The notes under the pieces are model-generated. The model ran no database searches and was not told where the DNA came from. It saw only the letters and a program-made list of their open reading frames with translations. Positions 50,154-59,556 of a stretch of 64,000 nucleotides of DNA are shown in pieces. Origin of the DNA: an uncultured Bacilli bacterium. Its GTDB lineage: Bacteria; Bacillota_I; Bacilli_A; RF39; UBA660. The position numbers and the translations under genes are program-made. Position 1 is the first letter of the stretch. Every line of letters starts with the position of its first letter. The DNA lies in the NCBI GenBank assembly GCA_934140575.1, contig CAKPBJ010000004.1, positions 33,274-97,273 of the forward strand, in the 5' to 3' direction.

Positions 50154-51047
50154 TTAGTTTTTATATAGTGCGTTTTCTTTTTCTATTTTTGGATACCAGT
50201 TTTCATAATCAACAGTATAAAAATTCATCTTTTCTTGTTTTAGTCCATCATAATAATTTTTATGTTTTTTATCTCTTATACTTGCGGCATATGTTGAATC
50301 ATAATAATAGAATTTTCCATTATATTTGACTATATTCCACATGTGTGAACCTGTTGAGTAGCCTGTTATAATCATAGAATCTATACCTATATTTTGAAAA
50401 ATCACTTGACTTGTTTTAGCAAATCCTGCACATACTGCATTACCTTTTATAAAGACATTATATATAGATTGATTTTTAGAACTTCCTGTAAGCAATTGAT
50501 CATAATAAGCATTATCTCCAATCCATTCATAAACATATTTTATTTTTTCTAAATCAGACATATTTTTTGTAGCTTTTTTTATTTTATCAATTTTACGTTC
50601 TATTAACAATGTATTTATTTCTTCTTCTAATTGGTTATTAATTGCATATATTGGAAATATTTCTATATAATCTGAATTTTCTTTATAGCGATAAGAATAG
50701 TATGCATAACTTATTAATTCTGGATGTTCTACCCATATAGCTTGATTGGCTACCCTATAATCACTAATTATACTTTCAATTGTTTCATTATCTTGCTTTT
50801 TTATTTTTTTAGAAGTCTTTCTTTGTTTTATTGTTTCTAATAAAGTTTTATATGCTTTTTTCTCATTTTTACTTAAATAATTATTATAAATTTTTCCATC
50901 TGACATATATATATCATTTATGTATAATTCGCTTTTTTTATTTATATTTGGATTTGGTTCTATTATTCTTGTATAATTTATATAAATGAACACTGAAGCA
51001 ATAATTAATATTACAGTAAAAATTTTATTTCTTTTATAATATCTCAT
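50154..51047 (-). CDS. membrane-anchored transglutaminase-like (papain-fold) domain protein
   Basis: The 297-aa ORF has an N-terminal TM helix. GNAVCAGFAKTSQVIF...GYSTGSHMWNIVKYNGKFYYYDST matches the Cys-His-Asp arrangement of the transglutaminase-like core. Confidence 0.6.
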   Translation of the reverse strand: MRYYKRNKIFTVILIIASVFIYINYTRIIEPNPNINKKSELYINDIYMSDGKIYNNYLSKNEKKAYKTLLETIKQRKTSKKIKKQDNETIESIISDYRVANQAIWVEHPELISYAYYSYRYKENSDYIEIFPIYAINNQLEEEINTLLIERKIDKIKKATKNMSDLEKIKYVYEWIGDNAYYDQLLTGSSKNQSIYNVFIKGNAVCAGFAKTSQVIFQNIGIDSMIITGYSTGSHMWNIVKYNGKFYYYDSTYAASIRDKKHKNYYDGLKQEKMNFYTVDYENWYPKIEKENALYKN

Positions 51048-51404
51048 TTAGTCCTCCATATCATATCTATATGCCCCTGTAAAATAAGCAAGTATTGGAT
51101 AAAATACAAATGGAAATATAAAGCAAAGTAAACCTGTAATTTTTCCTTTTTCATAGGCATCTGCTAGTATAAATGGCATAAATACAAAAATAAGTGTTCC
51201 AAAAAACGATCTGTCTGGCGAGAAAATTAATCCTAAGCTAATGATTATTAATAAAATTGGACTTATTTCTAATATTTGAAATAAAATGTATAAGTTATAT
51301 ATGGGGATTAAGCCAGATAGAGCATTATATCCTGCTTTACTAAAAAAGCCTGGTAATGATAGATAAAATGATAATATATAAATAATTATTAAAACTTTAA
51401 TCAT
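51048..51404 (-). CDS. small membrane protein
   Basis: The 118-aa ORF has 3-4 TM helices, and its start abuts the stop of the transglutaminase-like gene. Confidence 0.5.
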   Translation of the reverse strand: MIKVLIIIYILSFYLSLPGFFSKAGYNALSGLIPIYNLYILFQILEISPILLIIISLGLIFSPDRSFFGTLIFVFMPFILADAYEKGKITGLLCFIFPFVFYPILAYFTGAYRYDMED

Positions 51405-51575
51405 ACTACACCTCTATTTTTATTATAGCTTATTTTTATACAAATAAAAAATAATATTTTTAATTAAAAGCATTATAAAAGAGTGATTAAAAATCACTCT
51501 CTCTAAACAAGTCATTTATCAAATTTATTGTTCACCAACACTTTTTGACAAAGAACCAATACTTTTTTTTATATT

Positions 51576-52733
51576 TTAACGTGGAACATACTTAAATGGA
51601 TTAATTATATGTCTTATATATGTATAATATGATGAATTATAGTTCCATCCATAATCTTCTGACATTTCTAGATGTAGGTGGCAACCAAATGAATATCCTG
51701 TATTTCCCATGTATCCTATTACTTGTCCTACGCTTACATCTTGGCCTGAACTTACTGCATAACCATTCAAATGAGCATATTGTGAGAATACTAATCTACC
51801 ATTTACATTATGGACTATTATAATCATCTTTGCTCCATAATTGTCTAATGTGTTTCCTACATAATAAACTCTACCTGATGCTACGGCTTTGATTGGTGCA
51901 TTGCATGCTTTTCCAATATCTACACCTTTGTGTCCTCTATTTCCATAACTTTGTGAAATATGACCTCCACTTACTGGGAAAGTAAATCCATTTGCAGCAA
52001 TTACATCTCCAGCACTTGTACTTCCACCAGGTTTAACTGCTGGCTTTGGTTTATCACAATCAATACCAATTCTATCGCTTGATTTACATCCTTTATTCTT
52101 ATAATATGTAACTCTTGCTTGAGCAGTCTTTAAGTCATTTTCAATATTTGGTATTGTTCCTTCTATACTTTTATTATCAGCTTCTATTTTTTTCTGTTCA
52201 GCTTCTTGTTCTGATTGAAGTTTTTTTAATTCTTCTTTCTTAGCTTTTAATTCTATTTGACTTTTCTTATTTTTCTCAACTAAAGCATTTAATTCCTTCA
52301 TGATTTTATCATTGTAATCTGTTAGTTGTTCTACAACAGACATACGATAAATCATATCTGTTATTGAACTTGCTCCAAAGATATATTCTAAATAAGAATT
52401 ATTTCCATTTGATATTTGATAATACTCAACTAATTTCTTTGATTCTGCAGTTTTCTTTTTTATCTTTGCATTAGAGTCATCAATTTCTTTTTGTAGTCTT
52501 TCTTGTTCTTCTTGATTTTTTTGTATTTGACTTTGATAACTTTTTATCTTTGCTTGAACACTGGCTATTGTTTCATTATTTTTTGCAAGTTGAGCTTTTT
52601 TATCATTTATTTGTGATTGATATTTAGCAACTTCATTTTCATATTCTTGTAATGTTACAGCTTTTGTATTTATTGGTAGTGCTGCAATAGATACTATAAT
52701 TATAGCTGTTAGTAATACTTCTTTTATTTTCAT
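51576..52733 (-). CDS. M23-family peptidoglycan endopeptidase with N-terminal coiled coil (PcsB/EnvC-like FtsEX partner)
   Basis: The 385-aa ORF has a signal peptide, a long coiled-coil region, and a C-terminal M23 motif (GNTGYSFGCHLHLE). It is directly downstream of ftsX. Confidence 0.8.
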   Translation of the reverse strand: MKIKEVLLTAIIIVSIAALPINTKAVTLQEYENEVAKYQSQINDKKAQLAKNNETIASVQAKIKSYQSQIQKNQEEQERLQKEIDDSNAKIKKKTAESKKLVEYYQISNGNNSYLEYIFGASSITDMIYRMSVVEQLTDYNDKIMKELNALVEKNKKSQIELKAKKEELKKLQSEQEAEQKKIEADNKSIEGTIPNIENDLKTAQARVTYYKNKGCKSSDRIGIDCDKPKPAVKPGGSTSAGDVIAANGFTFPVSGGHISQSYGNRGHKGVDIGKACNAPIKAVASGRVYYVGNTLDNYGAKMIIIVHNVNGRLVFSQYAHLNGYAVSSGQDVSVGQVIGYMGNTGYSFGCHLHLEMSEDYGWNYNSSYYTYIRHIINPFKYVPR

Positions 52734-53632
52734 TATATCTTTAAGTATTTCCTTACAGCACTTGCACTACCTATCATACCTACTATTACTCCAATTACTA
52801 TTACAATTAGTGATGTAGAATAAATAAATGGTTCAGGTTTAATTAATTTAATTAACTCTGAGAATAAGTATCCATTAAAATGTTCATAGAATGCTAAATA
52901 GCCATATGTTGTTATTAATACTGGTACAATAGAACCAAATAGTCCTAAAATCATACCTTCTATGATAAATGGAATCTTTATTGATAAGTTACTAGCTCCT
53001 ACAACACGCATTATTTCTATTTCTCTATGTCTTGCTGAAATAGTTAACTTAATTGTATTAATAATTAAGAATATAGTTACTAAAATTAGAGCAATCACTA
53101 TTCCATAAGTTACTTTTTGTATTGATGAGAATGCTGTTATCATTTTATCAACATATCCTTCACCATATCTTACAACTGAAACATTATCCATATTTTTTAT
53201 TGTATTTGCTGTTTTTTTAATTTTAGTGATGTCTTTTACTTTAACTTGGAATGTATCTTTTAGTGGGGATTCATTTTCGTCCCATCCATCTAATACTGTT
53301 TTAAAGACATCTGATTCTTTTTGCATTTGTTCTTTTACTTCAACCTTAGATTGATATGTATATTTTTCAACATTTGATAATTTTTTTATTTCTTTTTCTG
53401 TAGTTTTTACATCTTCTTCATCTGCATTATTATTTAAAAATACTACTATTGTCATGTCTCGCTCTATTTCTTTTGTAAAGTTTTCTACATTGAACGATGC
53501 AATAATGGCAATGGCAACTATTATTAGTGTGATTGTAATACAGGAAATTGATGCTAGGGATAAACTAAAGTTTCTTATTACACTTTTGAAAGCATCCCTT
53601 ATGCTTCTTCCTAACATTCTAAACAACTTCAT
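52733..53632 (-). CDS. ftsX: cell-division ABC transporter permease FtsX
   Basis: The 299-aa ORF has 4 TM helices and a large extracytoplasmic loop. It overlaps ftsE. Confidence 0.8.
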   Translation of the reverse strand: MKLFRMLGRSIRDAFKSVIRNFSLSLASISCITITLIIVAIAIIASFNVENFTKEIERDMTIVVFLNNNADEEDVKTTEKEIKKLSNVEKYTYQSKVEVKEQMQKESDVFKTVLDGWDENESPLKDTFQVKVKDITKIKKTANTIKNMDNVSVVRYGEGYVDKMITAFSSIQKVTYGIVIALILVTIFLIINTIKLTISARHREIEIMRVVGASNLSIKIPFIIEGMILGLFGSIVPVLITTYGYLAFYEHFNGYLFSELIKLIKPEPFIYSTSLIVIVIGVIVGMIGSASAVRKYLKI

Positions 53633-54317
53633 CGCTATAAGTTCCTTTCTGTTTATAATGTACTAAATGACCATCTTTTAAAGTGATAACTTGTTTTTTC
53701 ATCTTGTTTACTATGTCTTTATCATGAGTTGCCATTATAATTGTTGTCCCTCTATTTTTATTGATGTCATCTAATACTTTCATTATTTCCATACTTTTTT
53801 CTGGATCTAGGTTTCCTGTAGGTTCATCACATAATAATAATTTAGGATTATTTACTATTGCTCTTGCGATTGCGACACGTTGTTGTTCTCCTCCTGATAA
53901 TTGGTCAGGGTAATTATGAACTTTATTTTTTAATCCAACATCTTCTAATGCTTTTAGAACTTTTTTTCTAATTATTTCTTTTTTCTCACCAATGCATTCT
54001 AATGCAAACGCTACATTTTCATAGACTGTTAGTTTTGGTAGTAGTCTATAATCTTGAAAAACTATTCCTAGTTTTCTTCTAAGTTTATAGACTTTTTTAT
54101 TTCTTAGTTTTGCAACATCAAGACCACCTACTACTACTTGACCTTTTGTCGGTCTTTCCTCTCTATATAACATTTTTATCAATGTTGACTTTCCACTTCC
54201 TGAGCCTCCAATTATGAAGACAAAAGAACCTTTTTCTATTGCTAAGTTTAAATCGTAGATGGCTGTTACTCCGTTTTTATATTTTTTTTCTACATTTTTA
54301 ATTCGAATTAAATCCAT
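53619..54317 (-). CDS. ftsE: cell-division ABC transporter ATP-binding protein FtsE
   Basis: The Walker A (GGSGSGKST), the LSGGEQQRVAIARA signature and the Walker B (LLCDEPTGNLD) are all present. Confidence 0.9.
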   Translation of the reverse strand: MDLIRIKNVEKKYKNGVTAIYDLNLAIEKGSFVFIIGGSGSGKSTLIKMLYREERPTKGQVVVGGLDVAKLRNKKVYKLRRKLGIVFQDYRLLPKLTVYENVAFALECIGEKKEIIRKKVLKALEDVGLKNKVHNYPDQLSGGEQQRVAIARAIVNNPKLLLCDEPTGNLDPEKSMEIMKVLDDINKNRGTTIIMATHDKDIVNKMKKQVITLKDGHLVHYKQKGTYSDEVV

Positions 54318-54415
54318 CTATATTATCACCACCTTAGTTATTTCATTATATCATAATTTTTTGTATAAAAAAAGAAAGGCTCTCTTTAGCCTTTAGCTTT
54401 TAATTTTACTTTACG

Positions 54416-55297
54416 TTATTTTGCACCTTCTACTGTATAAGAATCTGTTACTACAAAGAATGCATCTTTATCAATTTCTTTTATTCCTTCTGTTACTCTA
54501 TAATACTCTCTTGATGGAATAACTGTTAATATTACTTTTCTGTTTTTATCTAAAAAGCCACCTTTTACTTCAAATGTTGTTACATTGTGATTTAGTGTTT
54601 TTATGATATATTCTTTTACTTTTTTTTCTTCTTCTGTAATGATATAGAATGCTTTATTATTAGATATTCCTAGTAGGACTTTATCTAATACTATACTATT
54701 TATATATAAAAATATAATTGCATATAAGGCATTAGTTATTCCAAAGAAATATGCTCCTACTATAACTATTGCAATGTTAATTGCAAGTGATGATTTACCA
54801 ACTGGTATTTGTTTTTCTTCAAAAAGAATTTGACTTATTACTGGAAATCCTCCATTGCTATAACCTGTTTTATACATTAATCCATTTGCAATTCCACTTA
54901 ATACTCCCGCAAATAATACCATTAATAACATATCAGTATTTGATTGTGATATTAATGCTGTTAAGGGTGACGTTAATTGTACTAATAATGGATATACTAC
55001 ACTTGCAACAAGTGTTCCTGCTGTTCTTTTAGGTCCTAAGTACATAAAACTTAATATTGCACAAGCTATGGATAATAATAAAAGCATTATTGCCGGATTA
55101 ATTCCGTATAAATAATGGGTAATTGTTGCGACACCATTTGTTCCACCTGTTACTAGACTTAAAGGTAAAAGAAATACATTATAAAGAATTGCAGTTACTA
55201 GTAGTGATGCTCCCATTAATAAAATTCTATATAACTTTTTCTTTTTTCTAATTACTTCTAATATATTTTCCATACTACTCTCCTCCAAATACTTCAT
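54416..55297 (-). CDS. YitT-family membrane protein (DUF161 plus DUF2179)
   Basis: The 293-aa polytopic membrane protein is a paralogue of the upstream gene. Confidence 0.7.
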   Translation of the reverse strand: MKYLEESSMENILEVIRKKKKLYRILLMGASLLVTAILYNVFLLPLSLVTGGTNGVATITHYLYGINPAIMLLLLSIACAILSFMYLGPKRTAGTLVASVVYPLLVQLTSPLTALISQSNTDMLLMVLFAGVLSGIANGLMYKTGYSNGGFPVISQILFEEKQIPVGKSSLAINIAIVIVGAYFFGITNALYAIIFLYINSIVLDKVLLGISNNKAFYIITEEEKKVKEYIIKTLNHNVTTFEVKGGFLDKNRKVILTVIPSREYYRVTEGIKEIDKDAFFVVTDSYTVEGAK

Positions 55298-56153
55298 AGG
55301 AGTCTGTTACAATAAAGAATGCATCTTTATCGATTTCATTAATTCCTTCTTTTAATCTATAATAGTCTTTTGTTGGTAATACTGCCATTAGTACATTTTC
55401 TTCTTTTCTGTCATATCCACCTTTTCCTTTAAAGATAGTTACTCCATGATGAAGATATTTCAAAATATATTCTCTTACTTCCTCATCTTTTTTAGTTACT
55501 ATATAAAACATTTTATTACCTGATATTCCTAGTACTACTCTATCTGACATTAAACTTATTATATATAAAATAATTATTGAATATAGCATACTGTTTATTC
55601 CAAAAAATAATCCTGAGCATAAAACAATTAGTCCATCACTAAATAACATGCTTTTTCCCATACTCATTTTAAAATATTTTGAAAATATTTGATTTATTAT
55701 GTCTGTTCCACCTGTTGTGAATCCTGCTTTAAAAACAAGTCCTGCACCAAAACCATATAGCATTCCTCCAAATATTGCATTTAATAGTAATTTTGATGTA
55801 TCTATTTGAAGATAAACATGTAGATATTGAGTTAGACTAATAAATAATGGAAATAGAATTGAGCCTAAAAGTGAAGCTTTTGTCTTTTCTTTATCAAGTA
55901 AAAAGTAACTGGCGATTAATAAAAATATATTTAGTATGAAAACTGATAAAGCATTGTTAAAGCCGAATAAGTTATCTAATATAATTGCAATTCCTCCTAC
56001 GCCACCTGGCACTAAGTCATTTGGGGCTATAAAAAGGTTATACGCAAGGGCTATTATTAAGCAACCTATAATAAATTGAATTAATCTTTTTTTATATGAT
56101 TTTTTATTAATATATTCAACAAAATTTGTTTTATTTTTAGAAAATAGATTCAT
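55275..56153 (-). CDS. YitT-family membrane protein (DUF161 plus DUF2179)
   Basis: The 292-aa ORF carries the GFTTGGTDI motif. It is the closest relative of the pseudogene fragment at 40434. Confidence 0.7.
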   Translation of the reverse strand: MNLFSKNKTNFVEYINKKSYKKRLIQFIIGCLIIALAYNLFIAPNDLVPGGVGGIAIILDNLFGFNNALSVFILNIFLLIASYFLLDKEKTKASLLGSILFPLFISLTQYLHVYLQIDTSKLLLNAIFGGMLYGFGAGLVFKAGFTTGGTDIINQIFSKYFKMSMGKSMLFSDGLIVLCSGLFFGINSMLYSIIILYIISLMSDRVVLGISGNKMFYIVTKKDEEVREYILKYLHHGVTIFKGKGGYDRKEENVLMAVLPTKDYYRLKEGINEIDKDAFFIVTDSYEVFGGE

Positions 56154-56154
56154 A

Positions 56155-57253
56155 CTATAAACCCCTTTTTAAATTATCTTCTATAAATTCATCTATATCT
56201 CCATCTAGCACTTTTGTTACATTACTTGTTTCTGTGTTTGTTCTGTGATCTTTTACCATGGAATATGGATGCATTACATAACTTCTAATTTGAGATCCAA
56301 AATTAATATTCATTTGGTCTCCTTTTATTTTATTAAGCTCTTGTTCTTGACGCTCAATTTCCATTAGTAATAATTTATTTTTTAAAACACGCAGTGCTTG
56401 TTCTTTATTTTGAATTTGACTTCTTTCATTTTGACATGTAACTACTGTCTTTGTTGGTAAATGAGTAATTCTTACTGCTGAATCTGTTGTATTTACTCCT
56501 TGACCTCCTGCACCACTTGAACGATAAACATCTATTTTTAAGTCTTTTTCATCTATTTGTATATCTACATCTTTGTCAATATCTGGTGTTACTTCTACTG
56601 ATGCGAATGATGTATGACGTCTATTGTTTGAGTCAAAAGGAGATAATCTAACTAATCTATGAATTCCTTTCTCATTTTTTAAATAACCATAAGCATTAGT
56701 ACCTTTTATTAAGATAGATACACTCTTTAGTCCAGCTTCATCTCCATCTTGATAATCTAATATTGTTACTTTAAAAGATTTTTTTTCACAATATCTTAAA
56801 TACATTCTATATAACATACTTGCCCAGTCACAGGACTCTGTTCCTCCCGCACCAGGATGAATTTCAAGAATACAATCGTATTTATCATATGGTCCATTTA
56901 ATAGTAATAATTTATTTAAGTTTTCTGTTTCTAAGTGTAATTTTTTTGTTGAAATTTCTAAATCTTTTAATAAGTCATCATCAAATTCAACTTCTAAAAG
57001 GTTAATCATTTCTAAATTAGTATCAATATTGTTTTTTAAACTAACTATTTGATTAACGGTTTCTTTTAATTCATTTAATTCTTTTAATGTTTTTTCTGCA
57101 GTTTCTCTGTCATTCCAGAAATTTTCTTTTTCTTTTTTTTGTTGGAGTTCTTTTATTTTAGACTGTTTATTTTCAATGTCAAAGTGACCTCCATAGATTA
57201 TTTATTGTATTTAAATTTGATTCTAATGAATTTTTTATTTCTCTTAGTTCCAT
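56155..57253 (-). CDS. prfB: peptide chain release factor 2 (programmed +1 frameshift)
   Basis: The 0 frame from ATG 57253 (after AGGAGA) reads MELREIKNSLESNLNTINNLWRSL, then TGA within GGAGGTCACTTTGAC around 57179-57193. The +1 frame continues into the 284-aa ORF, which carries GGQ (SGAGGQGVN). Confidence 0.9.
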
Positions 57254-57431
57254 AAGATATCTCCTTCTACTTTGTTACTTATAGTGTAGCATATTTTATT
57301 ATTTTTATTCAACTTAAGAATTTATTGGTATTATTTTTTTAATTTATCATATATTATTATTGAGGAAGGTTCACTATGTAGTGTGAAGATCCTCTGTACA
57401 TAGATTAAGGAGCTTAAGTTTTAGCTCCTTT

Positions 57432-58259
57432 TTATTTGTCATATTTTTCTAAGAATGAATGGTATTCTTTATTTTCTTTATATCCTAAAATACAGTCCAT
57501 ATTAACATTATCAAGTGATTTAAAAATATGTTCATCTATATTTGGATTAGTTTTCTTTAATTTCTTTATTAAATCTTTTACAACTTTTCTTTTACTTGAA
57601 GCGTCATTTATTAATGAACAACCTTCGGTAAAGCGACATGCACAATTTATAAATGTTAAGTCATGGTGGTCTCTCCAAGTAATTATTGATTGTTCTTTTA
57701 CTAGATATAGTGGTCTAATTAGTTCAATCCCTTCAAAATTATCAGAATGAAGTTTAGGAAGCATAGTTTTTATTTCTGATGAATAAAACATTGATAGAAG
57801 TGTTGTTTCTATTACGTCATCAAAGTGGTGTCCTAGGGCTATTTTATTACAACCTAAATCTTTTGCTTTTTTATATAAAAATCCTCTACGCATTCTAGCA
57901 CACATATAGCAAGCACTTTTTGAATCTATTTTTTCTACCACATCAAAAATATCACTATTAAAGAATTCAACTGGTATATTTAAAATCTTAGCATTATCTT
58001 CGATAAAAGATCTATTATATTCATTATATCCTGGGTCCATTACTATATAGTGAGCATTAAATTTGTATTTACCATGTCGTTGTAGTTCTTGAATACATTT
58101 TGCTAGTAGGAAGGAGTCTTTTCCACCACTAATACAAACCATGATATTATCTCCTTCTTTGATTAATTCATAATCAATTACTGCTTTTATAAATCTAGAC
58201 CATATATCTTTTCGATAAGTTTTTATTATACTTCTTTCAATTTCTTTATATTTTTCCAT
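57432..58259 (-). CDS. ttcA: tRNA 2-thiocytidine biosynthesis protein TtcA-like PP-loop ATPase
   Basis: The PP-loop SGGKDS and Cys motifs (CYMC, CACRF) are present. The ORF is 275 aa. Confidence 0.75.
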   Translation of the reverse strand: MEKYKEIERSIIKTYRKDIWSRFIKAVIDYELIKEGDNIMVCISGGKDSFLLAKCIQELQRHGKYKFNAHYIVMDPGYNEYNRSFIEDNAKILNIPVEFFNSDIFDVVEKIDSKSACYMCARMRRGFLYKKAKDLGCNKIALGHHFDDVIETTLLSMFYSSEIKTMLPKLHSDNFEGIELIRPLYLVKEQSIITWRDHHDLTFINCACRFTEGCSLINDASSKRKVVKDLIKKLKKTNPNIDEHIFKSLDNVNMDCILGYKENKEYHSFLEKYDK

Positions 58260-59385
58260 TGACTAACTCCTTTTGAACTTTTTCTAATACTTTTAAGAAT
58301 TCCTCTATTTCTTCTTGTTTTGTTAAATGAGAAAGTGAAATTCTAACAGATGTGGATGATAAATTTTTATCTTTTGTTTTAGCATAAACTAATTTGGATG
58401 GGGCGTCTATTGGACAACAAGATGTTTTTCCAGAGATGCAAATATTATTTTTACCCATGTAATCCACAAATTCTGTGGATTTAATTCCTTTGATACTGAG
58501 ATTGATAATATTTTTAACAGAATTTTCATTTGAATTGATATAAATATTATTATATTGTTTTAAATTTTCCATGATTTGTTTATTTGATTTTTCCACAGAT
58601 TTTGTTCGTAAGTCTATATTTTCAAGTGCTAGTTCTAAAGCTTTATCAAGGGCTGCAGCTTCCGCAATTACTGGTGTTCCACTTCTATAAGGGGTAGTTG
58701 ATCTGCCACCTTCAATTATGGGTGACAATTCAACTCCTTTTTTCTTAATTAATATTCCGGTTCCATTTAAACCATAAAATTTATGTGGGGCTATAGTTAC
58801 TAAATCTATTCCTGTAAAATCTATATTTATTTTTCCAATAGCTTGAGAAGCATCTGTATGGAATTTACAGTTTTTATATTCTTTTAATAGTTCTTTAATA
58901 TCATTTATTGGTTGTATAATTCCCAACTCTGAATCCACTGAAGTTACGCTAACTAATATTGTATCCTCTCTTATCATATCTTTTAATTCATCTAAATCTA
59001 CAATACCATTTTTATCTACTGGAATTAGTTCAACTTCAAATCCTTCTTTTTCTAGAGATGTTGCAGGGGCTATTAATGATTGATGTTCTAATGAACTTAA
59101 TAAAATATGTTTTCCATAATTCTTATATCTTTTTGCAATTCCCTTTATAACTAAGTTATTTGACTCAGTTGCTCCACTTGTATATATTATCTCATCTTTA
59201 TCGATACCTAATCTGTTTGCGATACTATTTGTATAATAATCCAACTTTTCTTTTGCCTCTAATCCTAGAGGATGTATTGAGTTTGGATTAGCGAAATATA
59301 AGTTATTTGTTTCATTGTATATTTTTAATACTTCTTTATCAGCAGGTGTTGCGGATGCGTAATCTAAATATATCATTTCTGCCAC
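58246..59385 (-). CDS. cysteine desulfurase (class V aminotransferase, NifS/IscS-like)
   Basis: The 379-aa ORF overlaps the ttcA-like gene by 14 nt. The PLP-lysine region (HKFYGLNGTG) is present. Confidence 0.8.
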   Translation of the reverse strand: MAEMIYLDYASATPADKEVLKIYNETNNLYFANPNSIHPLGLEAKEKLDYYTNSIANRLGIDKDEIIYTSGATESNNLVIKGIAKRYKNYGKHILLSSLEHQSLIAPATSLEKEGFEVELIPVDKNGIVDLDELKDMIREDTILVSVTSVDSELGIIQPINDIKELLKEYKNCKFHTDASQAIGKINIDFTGIDLVTIAPHKFYGLNGTGILIKKKGVELSPIIEGGRSTTPYRSGTPVIAEAAALDKALELALENIDLRTKSVEKSNKQIMENLKQYNNIYINSNENSVKNIINLSIKGIKSTEFVDYMGKNNICISGKTSCCPIDAPSKLVYAKTKDKNLSSTSVRISLSHLTKQEEIEEFLKVLEKVQKELVNGKI

Positions 59386-59402
59386 TCCTTTTTTCTTTGT
59401 AT

Positions 59403-59431
59403 ATTATAGTACTTTTTTTGCTTAACCGCAA
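59403..59431 (-). promoter_or_regulatory. sigma-A-type promoter upstream of the cysteine desulfurase gene
   Basis: The minus strand reads TTGCGG, then 17 nt, then TATAAT, about 18 nt before the AAGGAG RBS. Confidence 0.5.
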
Positions 59432-59491
59432 ATATGTTTTTTCCACAAAAAATGTGGATTATTGTTGCTTATCTTTTTCCACAACTTTTGT

Positions 59492-59522
59492 GAAAAAAAG
59501 AAATACTTTGCTTGTATTTCTT
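59492..59522 (-). terminator. rho-independent terminator downstream of nfnB
   Basis: The minus strand reads GAAATACaagcaaaGTATTTC followed by TTTTTTT. Confidence 0.6.
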
Positions 59523-59556
59523 TCATCTAAATAATATTTTGAGTCATAATTAATTT

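Noticed and set aside
57380-57431. The hairpin AAGGAGCTtaagttttAGCTCCTT as a terminator for ttcA.
   Set aside because: The T-run follows the hairpin only on the plus strand, and no plus-strand gene ends there. On the minus strand, which is the ttcA direction, the stem is followed by AATCTATG. At best this is a weak or bidirectional element, so it is not listed as a feature.
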